NCBI RefSeq assembly: GCF_036365525.1
Contig: NC_090388.1
Location: 47,823,159 to 47,887,158, forward strand
Origin: Heterodontus francisci
Lineage: Eukaryota
Length of the DNA stretch: 64,000 nt
Direction of reading: 5' to 3'
The stretch's first letter is position 1. Every line of letters begins with the position of its first letter. Position numbers and translations under genes: made by a program. The notes under the pieces were generated by a model that was not told where the DNA came from, did not search any database, and saw only the letters and a program-made list of their open reading frames with translations. This document shows, piece by piece, positions 51,694 through 61,749 of the stretch.

Positions 51694-54600
51694 TTTTGTT
51701 TTCCAAAAATATACTTTATTCATAAAAATCTGTAAAAAAAATTACAAAATAGTTCCAAGTTGACATTCCAGAAAGTGAAAACCAAATCAGTTTCCTTCAA
51801 TACAGAACGTGAGTTGCCTCACAACCCTTCCATTCCATTTTACATGCAATACACATTTGCATACATAGCAAAATCATATTTTGGTGCATACAGCCCGAGG
51901 GGTTGTACAAGGGTTCCAGCCCCACAGTTCACTGTGGCGGGAGGACCTTACACCATTGATCCTTTGCGCCGTCTGCCCCAAGCTTTAGTGCGTCCCTCAG
52001 CACGTAGTCCTGGACCTTGGAATGTGCTAGTCTGCAACACTCGGTCGTGGACAACTCTTTGCACTGGAACATCAGCAAGTTTCGGGCAGACCGAAGTGCG
52101 TCCTTCACCGAGTTGATGGTCCTCCAGCAGCAGTTGATGTTTATCTCAGTATACATCCCTGGGAACAGACCATAGAGCACAGACTCCTGTGTTACAGAGC
52201 TGTTTGGGATGAACCTCAACAAAAACCACTGCATCTCTTTCCACACCTGCTTTGCAAAGACACATTCCAGAAGGAGATGGGCAACAGTCTCTTGCCCACC
52301 ACAGCCACCTCGAGGGCAGTGTGCGGAGGGGGTGAGACTCCGGGCATGCAGGAAGGATCTGACCAGAAGGGCTCGTCTCACCACCAGCCAAGCTACATCT
52401 TGGTGCTTGTTTGAAAGTTCTGGTGATGAGGCATTCTGCCAAATGACTTTGGCAGTCTGCTCGGGGAACCATCCGACAGGATCCATCATCTCCTTTTCCC
52501 GCAGGTCCTTGTGGACATTCCGTTCAGACCACTGCCTGATGGATTGGTGGTCAAAGGTGTTTTTTCGCAGAAACTTATCCACAAAGGATAGGTGGTACGG
52601 CATGGTCCAACTGGATGGAGAGTTCCACGGCAATGTGACCAGATCCATCCTTCGCAACACCGGGGACAGATAGAACCTCAGCATGTAGTGACACTTGGTG
52701 TTTGCGTTCTGGGGCTCTACCCACAGCTTGATGCGGCCACACATGAAGGTGGTCATCAGGATGAGGGTGACATTGGGTGCATTTTTCCCGCCCTTATCCA
52801 GAGGTTTGAACATCGTGTCCCTCTGGACCTGGTCCATTTTGGATCCCCAGATGGAGCGGAAAATGGCTCGGGTGACCGGGCGGCACAGTGGTTAGCACTA
52901 CAGCCTCACAGCTCCAGCGACCCGGGTTCAGTTCTGGGTACTGCCTGTGCGGAGTTTGCAAGTTCTCCCTGTGACCGCGTGGGTTTCCGCTGGGTGCTCT
53001 GGTTTCCTCCCACAGCCAAAGACTTGCAGGTTGATAGGTAAATTCGCCATTGTAAATTGCCCCTAGTGTAGGTAGGTGGTAGGAGAATGGTGGGGATGTG
53101 GTAGGGAATATGGGGATTAATGTAGGATTAGTATAAATGGGTGGTTGTTGGTCGGCACAGACTCGGTGGGCCGAAGGGCCTGTTTCAGTGCTGTATCTCT
53201 CTCTCTTTGACCGCCACAGCGCAGGAGTGGGGTATGTGAGATGGGCTGCCAATTTCTGATTTCCACCATCTCCCCCTTCCACTTGTAGATGAGGGTGATG
53301 ATGCCTTTCCTCATGGATTCTGACATGCTGCCATCCAGAAACATACTCTTGTATACTTCCAGCAGGTCTGGGCTGACCCAGTCCCACAGAGCCGAATACA
53401 ACTCAACCAGTAAGTCATCGTTTCCGGGAGTTTTACTCGTCTTGAAGGACCTGACGGCCTTTGTCAGCTCGTTCAGAGTTAGTGGCTTGTCCAGTCTCTC
53501 CCTCATGCTGTCATCTAAGACCTCTGTGATAGATGACAGGAATGACTGGGGGGCTGTGCTGTCTGTGGGCTTCACGTCGTACAGCCCAGCATAAAAGGAT
53601 TTGCTTATCCTTAGTATGTCGGACTGCGACGACATTACCAAGCCATCCTCTTCCTTCAGGCTGCTGATCACAGAGCTCTCTCTGTGTACCCTTTGGAAGA
53701 AGTAACACGAGCACGTCTCATCCTGCTCAATGGAGCGGACTCTGGACCGGAAGATGATCTTGGAGGCCTCTGTGGCAAAGAGGCCTGCTGGCTCTTCATC
53801 TCATGGAGGTCCTCCTTGACCTCGACCCCCATCGACTGCAGCCGGAGCAGATTTTGCATTCTTTTCTGGAGTCGGGATATTTCCCTCTGTCTCTCTCTCG
53901 CCCTCTGAAACCCTTAGAAGATAAAGAACCTCTTGATGTTTTCCTTGATCATCTCCCACCAGTGAACTGGAGACTCAAAGAGGGGTTTCACGGTTCTCCA
54001 ACCTTTGTAATCCCTTTTGAGTTCCTCAACGTTCTCTGGGGTTAGCAGTGTAGCATTGAGCTTCCATGTCTCCCTGCCAACCCATTGGTCATCCTGTAAG
54101 TGATAGTCGGCCAGTAAGAGGCAATGGTCGGAGAAGAACACCGGCTTGACGTCGGTGGATCTGACCGTGACAGCACGGGACACAAACAGGAAGTCAATCC
54201 TGGAATGGGCAGACCCGTCCGATCTTGACCAGGTGTATCTACGGTGCGCTCAATCTGCAGGTTTGCTGAAGACGTTGTGCAGCTTGGCATCTTTTACTGT
54301 TTCCATTAGGAATCTGGACGTAGCGTCCAGTTTGCTGTCGTCACTGCCGGATTGTCCAGCTGCATCAATGATGCAGTTGAAGTCACCACCTAGAATGACC
54401 GTCAACTGTGGGAGCTGCTGGAAGACGGTCAGCCACTCACTGCATTGAACTGGGGCATACACGTTGATTAACTGGAGCGAAGTATTGTTCTACATTACAT
54501 CTGCTATGAAGAGGCAACCACCCACCACCTCCTTAACTTTGGAGATGGTGAAGTTACCTTCCCACAGCAGAATACCCAGGCCAGAGGAATGGGAATCATC

Positions 54601-54845
54601 ACCTCCTGACCAGATCGATGGCCCGTGGGACCACCATCGCCTGCAGGTGCTGAGGTGTGGTATTCCACACTCCTGCAGAAACAGTAGATCGGCTTTGACC
54701 TTGGCGAGGTCGTTCAAGGTCGAAACACATCGCGTAGTGGATTTAATGCAACGCAAGTTAATTGAAGCAATCTTTATACCCATATTTAAGTTAGTTGGGT
54801 GCTTCCCGCTAGTCCCAGTCCTTTGGTATGTTCCTGCAATCCCAT
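51694..54845 (-). mobile_element. Tx1-clade LINE (ORF2 endonuclease to 3' end) with RT core deleted
   Basis: MGIKIASINLR...LFLQECGIPH, GGDFNCI, FFSDH; 3' part homologous to 29762-31160; left end T-rich tail. Confidence 0.9.
52879..53207 (+). mobile_element. HE1-like V-SINE nested in Tx1
   Basis: TSD TGACCG (52873-52878, 53208-53213); the empty site is visible in the paralogous Tx1 at ~31130. Confidence 0.93.
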
Positions 54846-55071
54846 AGTGTACGCAAGCTGTTGCACATTCATTGGGCTCAGAAACCCCTCCTGGTTTCTC
54901 ATGCAGGGTTTGTTCTCGGAGCTGGAGTGCGCCTGACGCTTCTCTGTTCTCGGTGTTCCGGATCCACCACCACTGCCACCATATTGTATTATCTGTGGTT
55001 AGATCAGTACAAACTCAGTCCAAGAGTCAGCGTAGACATTGTACTTGATACTTTATTGAGAACCTTCTTAC

Positions 55072-56489
55072 ATCTACCCTGCAATGTGGAAAATTGCCCT
55101 GGTAGGTCCTGTACGCAGGACAAGTCCAACCCGGCCAATTACCGCCCCATCAGCCTACTCTCTATCATCAGTAAAGTGATGGAAGGTGTCATCAACAGTG
55201 TCATTGAGTGGCAGTTGCTTAGCAATAACCTGCTCAGTGACGCTCAGTTTGGGTTCCACCAGGGCCACTCAGCTCCTGATCTCATTACAGCCTTGGTTCA
55301 AACATGGACAAAAGAGCTGAACTCAAGAGGTGAGGTGAGAGTGACTGCCCTTGACATCAAGGCAGCATTTGACAGAGTATGGCATCAAGAAGCCCTGGCA
55401 AAACTGTGGTCAGGGAATCAGGGGGAAAACCCTCCGCTGGCTGGAGTCATACCTAGTGCAAAGGAAGATGGTTGTGGTTGTTGGAGGTCAATCATCTGAG
55501 CTCCAGGACAACACTGCAGGTGTTCCTCACGGTAGTGTCCTAGGCCCAACCATCTTCAGCTGTTTCATCAATGACCTTCCTTCAATCATAAGGTCAGAAG
55601 TGGGGATGTTCACTGATGATTGCACAATGTTCAGCACCATTCATGACTCCTCAGATACTGAAGCAATCCGTGTAGAGATGCAGCAAGACCTGGACAACAT
55701 CCAGGCTTGGGCTGATAAGTGGCAAGTAACATTTGCGCCACACAAGTGCCAGGCAATGACCATCTCCAACAAGAGAGAATCTAACCATCTCCCTTTGACA
55801 TTCAATGGCATTACCATTGCTGAATCCCCCACTATCAACATCCTAGGGGCTACCATTGACCAGAAACTGAACTGGAGTAACCATATAAATACAAGAGCAG
55901 ATTAGAGGCTAGGAATGCTGCAGCGAGTAACTCACCTCTTGACTCCCCAAAGCCTGTCCACCATCAACAAGGCACAAGGCAGAAGTGTGATGGAATACTC
56001 TCCACTTGCCTGGATGGGTGCAGCTCCAACAACACTCAAGAAGCTCGACACCATCCAGGACAAAGCAGCCCGCTTGATTGGCACAAACATTCACTACCTC
56101 CACCACCGACGCACAGTGACAGCAGTGTGTATCTTTTTTTTATTCATTCATGGGATGTGGGCGTCGCTGGGGAGGCCAGCATTTATTGCCCATCCCTACT
56201 TGTCCTTGAGAAGGTGGTGGTGAGCTGCCTTCTTGAACCGCTGCAGTCCATGTGGGGTAGGTACACCCACAGTGCTGTTAGGAAGGGAGTTCCAGGATTT
56301 TGACCCAGCGACAGTGAAGGAACGGTGATATAGTTCCAAGTCAGGATGGTGTGTGACTTGGAGGGGAACTTGCAGGTGGTGGTGTTCCCATGCATTTGTT
56401 GCCCTTCTAGTTGGTAAAGGTCGCGGGTTTGGAAGGTGCTGTCTAACGAGCCCTTGGTGCGTTGCTGCAGTGCATCTTGTAAAAAAAAA
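55072..56489 (+). mobile_element. 5'-truncated LINE (CR1/L2-group RT) inserted in the Gypsy 5' LTR, last ~350 bp inverted
   Basis: NYRPISLLSIISKVMEG, ALDIKAAFDRVWH, GVPHGSVLGP, MFTDD; 56134-56481 is the reverse complement of the 3' end seen at 6281-6630. Confidence 0.9.
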
Positions 56490-56689
56490 TGTGCTCATAG
56501 CTGAACATCATGCCAACACCACGTAGGTGATTACATATCACTTCTAGTTATGGTGCGTACAAATGCATAAACATGTATTCAAATAGCTTAGCTTACTTCC
56601 ACTATCACAACAGTCTCTAACCCAGAAACAATGTAATATCAATAACTCAATAGTAACCTCGGTGCTTCGTTAACAAAAGGGCAATATGT

Positions 56690-56828
56690 CCTTCCCAAGA
56701 TGGCGCTGCGCTGCTGCCGCCGGCCTGACGCCATGTCCGGTTCTCTAGCTGTTTCCGGCTACGGCCAGCCGCACATCCTCGTGTGAAAACACTAAGCGAA
56801 TGTTCCCGGCGCTCTGAGCCCAGTCAGG
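56690..56828 (+). promoter_or_regulatory. DENND11 CpG-island promoter/5' UTR with YY1 and ETS-like motifs
   Basis: CAAGATGGCG at 56696-56705; TTCCGG; CpG-rich. Confidence 0.6.
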
Positions 56829-57105
56829 ATGGCTGACCGCGCCCCGTTGCTAGAGTATGAGGAAGGTCCTGCTGTCACATTCCCTCCCTGGGATGGCTCT
56901 AACCCGGGCCCCGGGAACGGAGCCGGATCAGTGACTGGACCGCACAGCTTCTCCGGCGGTGTTGCGGAGAGCTGGAGCCCGGGCCGGGGCCCATGGGGAT
57001 CGGAGACAGAGCGGGAGGCGGCGGCGGCTCAGGGAATTCGGCAGCAGCAGGAAGAGGAGGAGCAGGTGGTGGCCGTATTTGTGGTGACTTTTGACACCAG
57101 AGCAG
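56829..57105 (+). CDS. DENND11: DENND11 (KIAA1147/LCHN) exon 1; later exons not found in the window
   Basis: MADRAPLLEYEEGPAV...EEEEQVVAVFVVTFDTRAG matches the DENND11 N-terminus (APLL..EGPAV; EEDQVVAVFVVTFDPRSG, recalled); phase-1 donor G|GTGAGA. Confidence 0.92.
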
Positions 57106-57277
57106 GTGAGACCGGGCTCGCAACAACACCCCCCACCCATACAGAGTCTTCACAATTAAAATGGCTGCAGAGTCAACGGGAAGATGGCGGGGTATCCGTG
57201 GCACAGGAGGCAGTGGGAGGAGGAAGGTATCGGTGGTACTGGGGAGGGTATTGGTACTCGAGCTAGGAGGAAAGGGT

Positions 57278-57412
57278 TCCGAAGAAGGGTCACTGACCCG
57301 AAACGTTAACTCTGCTTCTCTTTCCACAGATGCTGCCAGACCTGCTGAGTGATTCCAGCATTTCTTGTTTTTGTTTCAGATTTCCAGCATCCGCAGTATT
57401 TTGCTTTTATTA
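57278..57412 (+). mobile_element. Penelope terminal-repeat fragment with hammerhead-like core in DENND11 intron 1
   Basis: Identical to 17435-17536 over the shared part; 14-bp TSD TAGGAGGAAAGGGT (57264-57277, 57413-57426). Confidence 0.9.
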
Positions 57413-58974
57413 TAGGAGGAAAGGGTATTTGGTACCCGGGGGAGGGGGAGAGAAATGGTCTGCTCCTCTACTTCTGGTCGCAGTGATTGATTTTGATTTG
57501 TGGGAAAAGGATGCCGGATTGATGTGTTTTTTATGGTATTAAATTGCATTGGGATATGGTTAGATACCAGTACAAAAGTTCACTCTGGGAACCCAGTTCT
57601 TGAGTTGTTGGAGTGCTGCTTATTGTTTGTTTCTGTGAATTTGGTCACGTGAATAGCCAGCCGTACAGTATGGCATCGAAGAGGAATGATTCTTCCATTC
57701 TGGTTTAGTCAAAGCAATTCGTCAGATTAATGGGAATGAAAACCAGTTGGATTGGCTTTGATACACTTATGTTGGCAAGTGGTATCTGCTGTGTACATTC
57801 TGCTTGGATAATTGAATTAGTCTGAAGTTCACAGACTAGATGGAAAGGGAGTATTGCTGCCATCCTTTCGAGTTATGGTTGTGGTATTGGTTGACTTGGA
57901 AGTGTCAGTTTCATTATGTAACAACTACTGTTCTGCGTGCAGGAGTGAAAATACTGGAGTAAGAGGACAGTATCTCACTTGCAGCATCAGGTTAAGAATG
58001 CAAGACTAGAGGTTGTAACATTGGGCAGAAGACCAATGCTCCATCGAGTCTTCTCTTCCAAATCCACCATCAGTTTCCTTACTGTGATTCTAGGACAGTA
58101 TTGCTGTATGCACTTTCCTAATAGGAATTCATCTGGACTTTTTTAAGTCTTACTGTGTTTTGCTGTTCCACTACTATTCTGCAATTCTGTCAGCATTACT
58201 TATCTTTCTTCCCTTGACACTCCAATAATTCCACATCAGTTGTGTAATAAACTGTAGGTTTATTCCCATATCTTATTGCCAACTCGAGGATAATTCTTGG
58301 AATTGGGAATCTGAGTCCTTGGAACTGTTTTCATCTGAAACACTTTTTCCTAATGAAATGTAATCCGGACCGAAATGTAATCCGGACCTTAATGTAGAGG
58401 AATGGATAAGATAGAGGTACTTTATTTAATTTTGATTAAATGGATTTAATTTAAAAACCTTGTCTACAAATTCTTCCAGCATTTCCATACCCCTTCTCTG
58501 CAACCTTCAGCCTTGTATCATCTTCTGTAACCTCAGGTCCTCTGACTCTGGCCTCCTGCGCATACCCCCCACCACCACCATCTCTACTGCATCTTCAGTG
58601 GCAGAGATTTCAACTGTCTTCTTTTGGAACACCCTTCCCATACTCTTACACTTCTAGCATTCTTCTCTCTTAATTGTCTCTAGTATCCCTCATACAAAGA
58701 CTCTCTGTCTGCTCTGAGGTACTTTCAGGTATTTAATATTGAAGTTGCTGTAGAAGTGCAAATTTTTGTCAAATAACAGTCCTGAGCAGGATCTGATCAG
58801 AAGGTATTTGTGAATGTGTGGAACAGATTCTAGGACAGTGCTCTTCCAATTAAACAAAAGCAAAATACTGCGGATGCTAGAAATCTGAAACAAAAACAAA
58901 ACGGAGTCTTTCCTGACAATGCAGAGCATGTGCAGAGCGATCGCCAATGTCATCAGTGCATTCGAACATTTGCC

Positions 58975-59605
58975 AGCTTGCTAGTATGGGTTTGCGTATG
59001 CGTGTGCAATGTCACTATGTAATGACGCAAGACGTGATGACGTCCAAATATTGCTACACCCTCAATGGCCACGTTAGCTGCCTCCCATCCCCTCTAACAG
59101 TACCTCGCTCCCTCCCACAATTGGCGCCTCAGTCGCTGCTTCTCTTCCCTGCTTCCTCACGCTATTCTCTCTCACGCCCGCCTGCTCGAGACTGCTCCTT
59201 GCCGCTCCCGACTCTTCCCGTTCCATTCCCCCGCTTGCTTCTCGCCTCGCAGCTAGCAACCTCCTCTCACCACACCTCACCCCCACCGCTTGTCTGGAGA
59301 GCACAGCGGGAGGGAATGGCGAGCAGCTGGGCGCGGTGAGAAGGCGATCGGGGGAGGGAGTAGGAAACTGAATATGGCAATTGAGGCTGCGATTGCACGA
59401 GGGAGCAGGGTACTGTTGTGGGGGGTGGGGTGGGGCGGTGTGGAGGTGACGATTGCGGCCATTGAGGAGTGAGGGGGGTTGTCTTCAATTTGTTTTTGTC
59501 AAATTGAGCAGCACCATTTTTTATTACTGGCAGCTGTCTGAGATGTTGCAGACAGTGACATTTCAGTCGATGAGGCTGCATTTGTGCAGTGCCAGTACTA
59601 CACAA
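58975..59605. mobile_element. Probable non-autonomous DNA element with internal quasi-palindrome
   Basis: C-rich half followed by G-rich half; CTAGTA...AGTACTAC ends; family not identified. Confidence 0.4.
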
Positions 59606-59611
59606 CCAGCA

Positions 59612-60590
59612 GATGTGACTTATGATGAGAGGCGGAATAAATTGGGCCTATATTCTCTGGAGTTCAGAAGAATGAGAGGCAATCTCATTGAAACATACAA
59701 GATTCTGAAGGGACTTGATAGGGTAGACTTGGAGAGATTGTCTTCTCTGGCTGGGGAATCTGGAACATGGGGGGGGCACAGTCTCAGGATAAGGGATCGA
59801 TCATTTAGGACTGAGATGAAGAGAAATTTCTTCACTCAGAGGGTGGTGAATCTTTGGAATTCTCTACCCCAGAGGGTTGTGGATGCTCCATCGTTGAATA
59901 TATTTAAGACTGGGATAGTCAGATTTTTGGTCTTGGAATGGAGGGATATGGCAAGCGGGCGAGAAAGTGGAGTTGAAGCCTAATATCAGCCATGATCGTA
60001 TTGAATGGTGGAGCAAGCTCGATGGGCCATGTGATCTACTGCTCTTATTTCTTATGTTCTTGTGCAAAGCCAAAGCCTTAAAGTCTTTGTTCTAAGTGCT
60101 TCCGTTTTTTGATTTTGTTTTGGTTTTCCAGCTTTTTTTAAGCAAATAAGATTTAAGATCTGGAGTAGGTCATTTAACCCTTAGCCTGCTCTGCCATTCA
60201 TGGTTTATCTACCTCAAGTCCTTCTTCCTGCGCTATTCCCAATCTCATAATTCCTTTAGTATCCAAAAATCTATCAACCTCTGTCTTGAATATACTCAAT
60301 GACTGAGTCTCCACAGCTCTCTGAGGAAGAGAATTAAAAGATTCAAAATCCTTTGAGTAAAGAAATTTCTCCTCATCTCAGTCCTAAATGGCTGGCCCCT
60401 TATTCTGAGAATGGACCCCTCGTTCTAGACTTCCCAGCCAGGGGAAACATCTTCCCAGCATTTACCCTATCATGCCTCTTAAGAATTTTGTTTTTCATTC
60501 TTTGACATTCTAGTGAATATAGGTCAAGTCTATTCAAATCTGTCCTCGTAAGACAGTCCCCCAAGGAATTAGTCTAGTGAAACTTTATTG
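59612..60590. mobile_element. Two CR1 3' fragments, tail to tail (plus 59612-60062; minus ~60150-60590)
   Basis: TYDERRNKLGLYSLEFRRMRGNLIETYKILKG; CTTATGTTCTT tail; the second copy is the reverse complement of the same region. Confidence 0.8.
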
Positions 60591-61127
60591 CATTTTGTTT
60601 GTGAATAAATGTTCAGAAACAGAATTTATGGTTATGTATGTAAGTACAGACAGAAATGACCAAATGTTACTTATAATGCAATAGTTCCTGGGCTGATGGG
60701 ATTATGGAATTGTCACACCTGGATGGAAGAATCAATTTACACAGATGCATTCATTTGAGCAGAGCTGTCACTTTGAATCAGGTGGTGTTCCTGATGTTTT
60801 CATAGTTGATATCAGCCTTGGGTTAGGTCTATGGATACGTGGAGCAGGACAGCTGGGGTCAGCTTCCTTTTCATTTCTGGAGGCAGACCCATGTTGGGTT
60901 TAGTGTGTAATAATGCAGTTATAGATATCACTGTGGGACTTGACCCTTTCCTGCCCCCAGTTTTCTTCCTGCCTGAAGACAGTGACAATACTGGAGTACA
61001 ACACTCGTGACACTGGCACCATAGCTGTCTTAATTTGCTGCTCTCAAATCTTAGTCCATTCCTCTGTAATTCTTAAGACTCATACAACAACTGTTAATGA
61101 AACTTATTAAATTAAACTTTTAAGTTT

Positions 61128-61455
61128 CAGCTTGGCTGAGTTGGTGGTACTTACGCCTCTGACTCAAGGTCAGGGTTCTTTCTTCATTCTAGGTCTCAAA
61201 CACATCATCTAAGTTGAGATTTCAGTACAGTACTGAGAGAATTCTACATTGGTGAAAGTGCCATCTTTTGGATAAGATATTTGTGGTATTACTTGAAGAA
61301 TGAATTCTCCAACAATTGTCCCTTGTTGACTGTTTGTTAGGATCTTGCTGTGTGCAAATTGTCTACAAATCACTACAGACGCTGCTTTCAAAGCAATTCA
61401 TTGGCTGTGAAGCACTTTTGAATGTTTTGAGGCTATGAAAAAAAGATTATGAATA
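61128..61455 (+). mobile_element. Deu-domain SINE, degraded
   Basis: GGCTGAGTTGGTGGTAC...CAGTACTGAG...GCTGTGTGCAAATTG...TTCATTGGCTGTGAAGCACTTT. Confidence 0.65.
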
Positions 61456-61749
61456 CAGATTTGCTCATTCTTTCTTGAGTCCGATTCTATTATCTACTAT
61501 TTACTGCTGCGGAGATGGAAGGAAATGGTTCTTGTAATCTGCTTGTGAAATGATAGATTGTTCTTTCATACGTGTTCTTTGTTTTTTCTAAAAAAGAAAG
61601 GTACACTTTCACTTATGTTAATCCTTCATGACTAGATTTTCAACAGGGTCTTTATCAAAGGCTAGTTAACAGAATTTGCATTTATATAACATCTTTAATG
61701 TAGAAAAACTCTTGAGCTGAGTATAGCCAATTTCAGCTGGGATAACCAA

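Larger units (their letters stand above)
47847..56612 (-). mobile_element. Gypsy/Ty3 LTR retrotransposon provirus, degenerate, with nested insertions
   Basis: 3' LTR 47847-48060; 5' LTR 54982-55071 plus 56489-56612; PPT at 48061-48071; tRNA-Leu-like PBS TGGTGGCAGTGGTGG at 54967-54981; TSD GTTTC/GTCTC; integrase (LHQGHMGIEKMRRVARESVFWP) and RT (TFRTPCGRYCFLHLPFGL) remnants. Confidence 0.9.

Noticed and set aside
57106-57266. C-terminal part of the 145-aa ORF 56829-57266
   Set aside because: Intron read-through beyond the GT donor at 57106; DENND11 similarity stops there
58355-58388. 17-bp tandem duplication GAAATGTAATCCGGACC
   Set aside because: Two copies only; ordinary slippage, not an array
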